Origin: Alphaproteobacteria bacterium
GTDB taxonomy: Bacteria; Pseudomonadota; Alphaproteobacteria; CALKHQ01
DNA length: 64,000 nucleotides
NCBI GenBank assembly: GCA_965227515.1
Contig: CBDDFZ010000001.1
Span: 2,560,001-2,624,000 of the forward strand
Direction of reading: 5' to 3'
The notes beneath the pieces were generated by a model, which saw only the letters and a list, made by a program, of their open reading frames with translations, searched no databases and was not told where the DNA came from. The first letter of the stretch is position 1. The number at the start of each line of letters is the position of its first letter. The position numbers and the translations under genes were made by a program. Shown one piece after another: positions 49,001 to 58,000 of the stretch.

Positions 49001-52000
49001 ACCGCATTCCTGACCGACCCGGGATCGGGCCCGGCCTCCGACCAGTGGATCGGGCTGGTGTCAGGAGCGACGTCGAACGTCGACGCCTCCGACGCGGTGT
49101 TCAATGGCGTTGTCGGATCGGCCCACACCAGGGACGCGATGCCGAGCGGCTTCTTCCTGGAAGACCGCGTAACCCACGCTCTGGACGACGGCTCGTTGGG
49201 CCTGGTCACTTGGGTGGCCGACAACGTGTTCGTCACCCAGGCCAGCGGCAGCATCCAGCGCGGCGTCGATGCGGCATCGGCGGGCTGGACGGTCAATGTC
49301 GACGACGGCACGTTTGTCGAGAACGTGCTGATCGACAAGTCGCTCGACCTGCTGGGCGCCAATGCCGGCACCGACCCGAACACTGCGGCGCGCGATCCCG
49401 AGACCGAGATCGACGGCGTGGTGCGCGTGGACGCCGGGGTCAGCGGCGTGGCCATCGACGGCTTCACCATTATCGACGGCGCACCCGTGCTGGGTGAGTT
49501 CGGTGGTGTCTACGTCAACAACAACGCCGCCGACGTCACAATCGCCAACAACATCTTTGCGCGCTCCGGCGGATTCGGCACGGCGCGGGCCATCCTGTTC
49601 TCCGGCGCGGCGCCGGGCGTCAGCAACATCGACATTCTGAACAACAGCTTCAGTGGCTGGGCGACCGGCGTCTATGTCAACCCGAACGCCGACGATGTGC
49701 TGATCAGCGGCAACGTGTTCGACGGCAACAACGTCGGGGTGTCGAACGACGGGCCGAACAGCCCCGGCGGCGTCACCATCGACGGCAACACCTTCGCCAA
49801 CAGCGCGTTCGAGGCGCTGGGCCTGGGCGGTCCGGGCACCCGCACGATCACCAACAACGTGTTCGAGAACAACCCGGTGCACATCGGCACCTATGGCGCC
49901 GCCGGCTTGCCGGACGTGGCCACGTTGCAGGCCGACGGCAACACCTTCGACCGCCATGTGACGTCGGACCTGGACGATGCCGGCTCCGCGCGCGACGCGG
50001 CGACGTCGATCTACGGCGAGATCCAGCTCGCCATCGACGAGTCCGCCGCCGGCGCAACCGTGACCGCCAGCGACGGCACGTTCGTGGAGAACGTGGTCAT
50101 CGACAAGGCGCTGATGCTGCTGTCGGAGAACGGGCGCGACTTCACCACCATCGAGGGCATTTCCGGCGTTGGCGCGTTGGGCACGGTCCTGCTGCCGGGC
50201 GGTGTCGACGACGTGCAGATCGGCGACATCGACCAGGGCTTCACCATTGTCGGCATCGACAATGGCGCCCCCGGCATTGAGACCGCGGCGGTCTACCTGC
50301 AGGGCAACCACAACAATTTCGACCTGATCGGCAATGACGTGGTGGCGATGGGCGACGCCGGCCTGCTGGGTGAGTCCGCCGGTGCGCTGACCAACGCGCT
50401 GATCGACAACAACATCTTCTCCGGCCAGACCTTCGAGGGGCCGGAGCCGGCCGACAACGGTTTCAGCAACCAGTTCTCCACGCCGAACGTGCCCCGCCAG
50501 CTCGTCACCCTGGGTGAGGGCAACAGCGGTCCCTTCGTCTCCAACAACATCGCCTTCACCAACAACCAGGTGACCGGCACCGCCGGCGGCAGCAATGGCG
50601 GCGGCGAGCAGGGTAATACGCTCGTCACCATCGATGCCGATATGGTGACGGTCAGCGGCAACACGTTCTCGGGCTTTACCGCCCGGTTCGCCAGCCAGTT
50701 GCGCACCCGCGGGCCGAACACCGACATCGTGAACAACACGTTCATCGTGCCGGCCGGTGTCGCCACGGCCGGCTTGTTCGTGTCCGGCGTCGACTCCACG
50801 GTGATCGCCAACACCTTTACCGGCGGCACGATTGGCATTTCGACCAATCCGAAGGGCGCCATCGCCATCGAGAACAACGTCTTTGATGGCCAGACCGGCG
50901 CCGCACTGAACGTGGGGGCCGACGCTGCGTTCCTGACCGTCTTCAACAACAGCTTCGAGCCGGCCGGCGGCGCGTTCGCGGTGTTCAACAGCTCGGCGGA
51001 GATCGTCAACGCCTCCGGCAACTGGTGGGGCACCAACGACGAGACGCTGGTCGCTGCGATGATGTCCGGCGACGTGGACTTCACGCCCTTCCTGGATGTT
51101 GCCGACGACACCGACGTGGCGGACGGCTTCCAGGGCGACTTCACCACCCTGCACGCAACGGTTCTGGGCGCGCAGACCGACGCCGCAACTTACGGCCGCA
51201 TCCAGGAGGCCATCGACCTTGTGACCGCCAGTACGGTCATCCTTGGCGCCGGCACCTTCATCGACCCGGCCCAGGTGGTGATCGACAAGGACGTCACCAT
51301 CATCGGCCAGGGCTCCGGGACCGGCCCGGGCGACTCGATCGTTAATCCGGGTTTCGACACCGGCAGCGGGGGCAACGCGCGCGGCTGGTGGTTGATCCTG
51401 GACGATGTCGAGGTCGACCTCAGCGACTTCCGGATGGATGGCAACGGGCAGCTCGTGTGGCAGGCGATCCGTCACCTTGGCCGCGGCAGCATCGACAATC
51501 TTGCCTTCAACAACATCCAGTTCAACGCCAGCGGTCCGAGCTACCAGGGTACGGCGGTGGCCGTGTTTGGCGCCACTGATGCCAATGTCGACATCACCAA
51601 CTCGACGTTCGACCAGATCGGCCGCATCGGCGTGCTCTATTTCGGCAGCGCCGTCACCGGCACGTTCGCCAACAACGTCTACACCGGCAAGGGCGACGGC
51701 GATCACCTCGACTACGCGCTCGACATCAGCGCCGGCGCCACCATCAACGTGTTCAACAACACCGTGACGGAAAACCGGGGCGTTGCGTCATCGGATGGGT
51801 CGATCTCCGCCGCGTTCCTGGTCTCCACGTTCTTCGCCGGCGGTACATCGGCTGTGTTCGGCGGCAACACGATGACCGGCAATACCGTCGGCATCGCAGT
51901 CGGCTTCGACGATGCCGATACCAGCACGGTCCAGTTCCTGAATGCGGGCGACAGCGTCGATAGCCACATCATGGCCGGCGCGAACACCTTCATGGATTCC

Positions 52001-55000
52001 GGCAACGAGGACGAGACCGGCATCTTCTTTTCTGGCAACAGCCAGACCATCGTCGGCGATACGTTCGCGGACGCCGTGTTCAACGGCTATGGCGACCTTG
52101 ACGACCTTTACATCCAACTGCGCAATCAGGCGCTGTCGGACCCGGCCAACGTGCGGGTGCTGGACGCGACCGACGTCACCTTCACAGGTGCCAGCGCGAC
52201 CGAGATCGAGGACCGGGTCGAGCACTATCTCGACGATCCGACCAAGGACCTGATCTTCTTCGGCCCGACGATCACCGTCGCCGACAGCATCCAGCTTGCC
52301 GTCAACGCGGCCGAGCAGGCGCGCAGCGACGGTTTCGTCGTCGACGAGATCATGGTCGGTCCGGGCACCTATGGCGGCCGGGTCGAGATTTGGGTCGACG
52401 ACCTGAAGATCACCGGCGACGACGCGATCATCGACCTGGACATGGAGGACCCGTTCTCCAACAACCCGTCGCCTGACGCGCTGCCGAACCATGGCTTCCT
52501 GATCGGCGATGCCGGTGTGGTGGGCGACGGCGTTTCCGGCGACGGCGTCACCGGCTCCTATGCCAACGGGCTGGACGTTTCCGGCGTCGAGATCGACCCG
52601 TTCACCTTCACCAACAGCAACGACGGCAGCGGCACCGGCATCATCGTCGGCCTGTCGGCCGGTCCCAGCGTGGCCTCGAACACCGTCATCGACGGCAATT
52701 CGTTCGAGGACATCGAGGTTGGCATCGCGTTCAACAACGTGGCCGGCACCACCACGATCAGCAACAACACGATCCTGGCCGACCTGATCGGTCTGACGTT
52801 CGAGGGCACGCTGGGCGGTGGCGCCATCGTCGATATCCTGGACAACACCATCGGCGCCGATGGCGACGAGGTGCTGAACGGCATTCTGTTCCAGCGCATC
52901 GACACAGCCGAGGTGACGATCTCCGGCGGCAGCATCGACAGCGGTGCCGGCGCCGGCCCGATCCTGGGCGATGCCATCAACTTCCAGCGGGGCCTGCACA
53001 GCGGCGCCGACGTCGAGATCAGCGGCGTGACCGCGGTCTCCGACGGTGACGAGCCGGTCGACTTCCACCAGGCGATCCGCGCCGGCGCCACCGCGACCAT
53101 CTCCGGCGGCAGCTATACCGGCGGCAACAATGGCGTCGAGTTCTCCGGCGCCATCGCCGGCACCGCCATCATCGAGAACGCAACCATCGTCGGCCAGGGC
53201 GCCGACAAGCGCGGCGTCAATCTCCTCGGGTCGATCACCGGGCTGTTGGACATTTCCGGCAGCACCATCACCGGCGGCGACGACGGCATCGGCTCCAACG
53301 ACAGCGCCGCGAACACGGTCGTCGGCGGCACGGTCCGGCTGACCGACAACACCATCACCGGCATCAGCGGCCATGGCGTGTCGTTCGACGCCATCAGCGA
53401 CGGCGCCGATCTGGAGTTCCTCGGCAACACCGTCGCGGCGGCGCTGAACGGGTTGAGCTTCAATGGCGCGGTGACCGGCTCGCTGATCAACATCGGCAAC
53501 AACAACAACTCCGGCCGCAACATCATCACCGCGGACAACTCCGGCATCGTGTTCGCCGGCTCGATCCTCGATTCCGCCGACGGCAACGGCATTCGCATCC
53601 GCCGCAACACGGTGACCGCCGGGCCGAGCGCCGGCGACCGGGGCATCGAGTTCCGCGACGGCATCGAAGACAGTTTCGTGCGGGTGTCCAACAACCGCAT
53701 CGGGGCCGGTGACGATGGCGTCGCCTTCTACGACCTGAACGGTGGGGCCAACGGCAGCGGCGTGCGCGCCATTGCCGGCACGTCCGATGTCGCACTGAGC
53801 GGCAACCGCATCGGCACCGCCGGCGACCCGGTCGGGGCTGAGGGGCTGGACTTCGACGAGATTATCGACACCGCCACGGTTGTGGTGCGCGAGAATGTGG
53901 TCTTCGCCGACGGCGACGGCATGCAGTTCGACCGCGTCATCAACACCACCGGCAGCACCAATGCGGCGCCGGCGGGCGGCGCGCCGACCTACACCGGCGG
54001 CGTGGTGATCGTCGGCAACGAGATCAACGCGGCCGGCCACGGCGCGCTGTTCGACACTACCATCGACGGCACCGATATCGCGTTCGGCGACAACGACTTC
54101 GGCAGCGATGCCGATCCGGTCGGCGGCGACGGCGTGCAGTTCAAGACCATTGCCGGCGACGCGCTGATCAGTTTCGAGCGCACCCACATCGAAGCGGACG
54201 GCGACGGCGTGTCGGTGGTCGGCGGCATTCTGGACACGGCGACGCTGGCGTTCGATGCGCCGCGCGATCCGGCGGGCGGGCCTGACGGCCGCGATAACGA
54301 CATCGATGCCGGCGGCATCGCGGTCAACGTGGTGAACCTGCAGTCGCCGGGCACCCTGGTGTTCTCAGGCGGCGTCTACAGCGGCGCGGCCGGCAGCGTG
54401 CTGGTCGACAACACCGGCGTCGCCAGCGCGGCGGTCGGCCGGGTGGTGTTCGAGAACGACCCGACGTTCAATGCCGATCCGGGCGTCGATGTCGCGGCGT
54501 TCGTGACCGAGGCGGGCGGCCCCGGCATCGAGATCGACTTCTCCGGTGCCAGTGGTGCCACGTTCAACGGCGGCGAGAACGGCATCGTGTTCGACGGACC
54601 GGGCATCGACATCGCCGGCGACAGCCTGGGCGATATCGCGGTGAACGGCCAGGCCGACCAGTACCTGGTGCTGCGCAATGGCGCGGAGTTCGCGCCCGGC
54701 ATGCCGAACCTGATCGACATTCAGGACGTTGCCTTCGATGGCGACGAGCCTGGCGACCTGTCGCCGGCCGGCCTGGTGGCGCTGGAAAGCAAGCTGGCCC
54801 ACTTCCTCGACACCAACGAGGATGGGCTTTTCTACTACGGCCCCACCTATGCGGTGGCCGATGGCGGCAGCATCCAGCTTGCGGTGAACGCGGCCGAGCA
54901 CGCGCGGTTCCTGCTCAACGACCTGAACGCGGTGGATACGGTCCTTGTCGGGTCCGGCACCTATGGCGGCCGGGTCGAGCTGTGGGTCGACGATCTGAAG

Positions 55001-58000
55001 CTGACCGGGCTGGATACCGGCGGCGGCGATCCGGTCATCGACCTGTCGTTCGACGACGCGTTCTCCAACAACCCGTTCCCGACCTCGCTGGCGCACGGCT
55101 TCCTGGTCGGTGACGCCGGCATCGTCGGCGACGGTGTGGCGGGCGATTCGGTCGGCGGCGCCTTCGGCTCGCACGCCAACGGCAACGACGTCACCGGCGT
55201 CGAGGTCGATCCGTTCACCTTCGATGGCACCGGCGCGCTTGGCGGCCCGCCCAGCACCGGCATCGTGGTCGGGCTGACGGCCAGCGGCATCTCGCCGGCC
55301 AGCGTGGCCTACGACACCGTCATCGACGGCAACACTTTCCACGACCTCGACTTCGGCATCACCTCGAACAACTCCTCGGGCGAGACCCGCATCGTCAACA
55401 ACACGATGCATGACATCGCGGTCAACGCGGTCCGCTTCGAGGACGCGGTCGAAGGCGGCGAGTTCGTGCTGATCCGCAACAACGACATGGCGTCGGGCCA
55501 GCACGTGCTGCTGTTCCGCGACCTGATCACCGGCGCCGACACGCTGCTGCGCATTCGCGGCAACTGGCTGGTCAGCACCGGTGGCGGCACCCAGTCCGAC
55601 GGCATCGCTTTCGGGCAGGCGATCCAGGACGAGGCCGATGTGCGGATCGTGGAGAACCACGAGATCCGTGGCACCGAGGGCATCGACGTCGACCGTGTCG
55701 ACAACGCCAACCTGCGCATCAACCGCAACACCCTGATCGTCGGCGAGATCGAGGAAGGCATCGAGTTCGATGACCTGATCGCCAACGACGCGCGGGTCGC
55801 GGTGCGCGACAATGTCGACATCATCGGCGCCACCCATGGCATCGCTTTCGTCGACAACGGGGCCATCGACGGCGCCACCGTGAACATCAGCGGCAACAAC
55901 GACGGCATCCTGGGCCAGAACGGCAACGGCATCCTGTTCAACCGGGCGATCACCGACGGCCGGATCAATATCGGGGCCGGCAACATCATCGAAGGCATCA
56001 CCGGCAGCGGCGTGCGTTTCGCGGCGACGATCGCGGACTCGCGGATCGACATCTTCGAGAACACGTCCATCGTCGGCGACGCGAACGGCGTCGAGTTCAC
56101 CCAGACCTTCGGCGCCGGCAACGTGCTGAACATCCTGGCCAACACCCTGATCGAGGGCGACGGCAGCGCAGACGACAGCGACGCCATCGACTTCCGCAAC
56201 GCGGTGGGCGGCACGGTCAACATCGTCGGCAATGTGGAACTGGCCGGCAACGACGACGGCCTGCAGGTGATCCACGGCATTATCGGCGGGACCTTCCTGG
56301 TGCACGGCAACCAGAGCATCGTCGGCCGCGATGGCGAGGGCATCGCGATCCTGAGCAACGACGGCAATGTGCCGCCGGCGCCGACGGTGGCGATCAGCGG
56401 CGGGGCCGTGGTCACCATCGACGACAACATGATTGTGGGCAACGAGGAGACCGACCCGGTTCTGCAGAACCCGGGCGGCGGCGGTGACGGCGTGCTGGTG
56501 TCGGGCGACGTGGTGGGCGCGACCCTGAACGTCACCAACAACACGATTTTTGCCTTCAACGACGGCACCAACGTGTTCGGCGCGTTCGTCGATGCGCAAG
56601 CGTTCCTGGACGACAACACCATCCACGCCGGGCTTGGCGCCGATGGCAATGGCGACGGCATCCACGTCGAGGGCGCGGTGGACGACAGCCGCATCCAGGC
56701 CGTGCGCAACACCATCGAGGTCGGCCTGAACACCGTCGCCGGCGGCACGCTGCACGACGGCCTGTACTTCGGCGGCGACATCCTGGGGACCTCGCGGGTT
56801 ATCCTGCGCCGCAACGACATCATGGTGCTGACCGGCCCTGCCGGTGGCGCCACCTCGTTCGGCGACATGGGCATCCGCTTCGACGGCTTCATCGACACCA
56901 ATGGCGGCAACCTGGCCGACGTGCTGATCCGCAACAACGACATCCAGGCCGGCGGTGGCAAGGAAGACCGCGGCATCTCGTTCTGGAACGGCATCGGCGG
57001 GTCCTCGTTCGTGGAGATTTCCAGGAACGACATCGCGGCGGGCGACGACGGCGTCGGCGTGTTCGACACCATCGGCGGCAGCCAGCAACAGTCGGTGCGC
57101 GGCGATGCGCTGCTGCTGATTGCCGAGAACAACATCGGCACCGACACCCTGTCGGTCGGCAATGCCAGCCCGAACGACGGCAACGGCATCGACTTCCAGC
57201 GCGTCACCGGCGAGTCGCGGGTGGTGATCGACAGCAACTCGATCTTCGCCCGCTACAACGGCATCGAATTCGACAAGCTGGTCGACACCAGCTTTGCCGG
57301 GCCGGGCGCGGGCGTCGCGATCATTCGCAACAGCGATATCGTGTCCGACCGCGAGAACGCGATTGCGTTCGAAGCCGGCGTCGACGGTTCCTCGGTCAAC
57401 ATTGCCCGCAACGCGCTGATCCTGGGGGCGTTGAACGGCATCAAGTTCGGCGGTCCGGTCGATAACGGCGCACTGGTGCGCATCTGGAACAACCACCACA
57501 TCATCGGCGAGGACGAAAACGGCATCCTGTTCAATGGCATCGCCGGGTTCGACACCGATGTGTGGATTGGCCTGAACCACCTGATCCGGGGCTATGACAA
57601 CGGCATCTACTTCGCCCGTGACGTGATCGCGCCGGACGACGACAGCGATCTGGAGCAGTTGCTGGCGGGCTTCCTGCCGGAGGGCTGGGCCATCGATGGC
57701 GCGTCAGCCAATGTCGTCCTCAACCATCGCATCATCGGCGAGACCGAGAACGGCATCCTGGCCGAAGGCATTCGCGGCGATGCGAGCAACCCGGACGAGA
57801 ACCTGCTGGTCGCGCTCAACAAGCGGATTCGCGGCGAGGAGAACGGCATCTGGCTCGCCCACGGCGTCGACTACACCGCGACCGACGGCCCGCTTACGCT
57901 GTTCGGGAGCCTTTTCTCCTTCGCCCTCGATATGTGGGCGATCGACAATGGCCAGGTGGCGATCCTGAACAACCTGTCGATCCTCGGCGACACCGCCGAC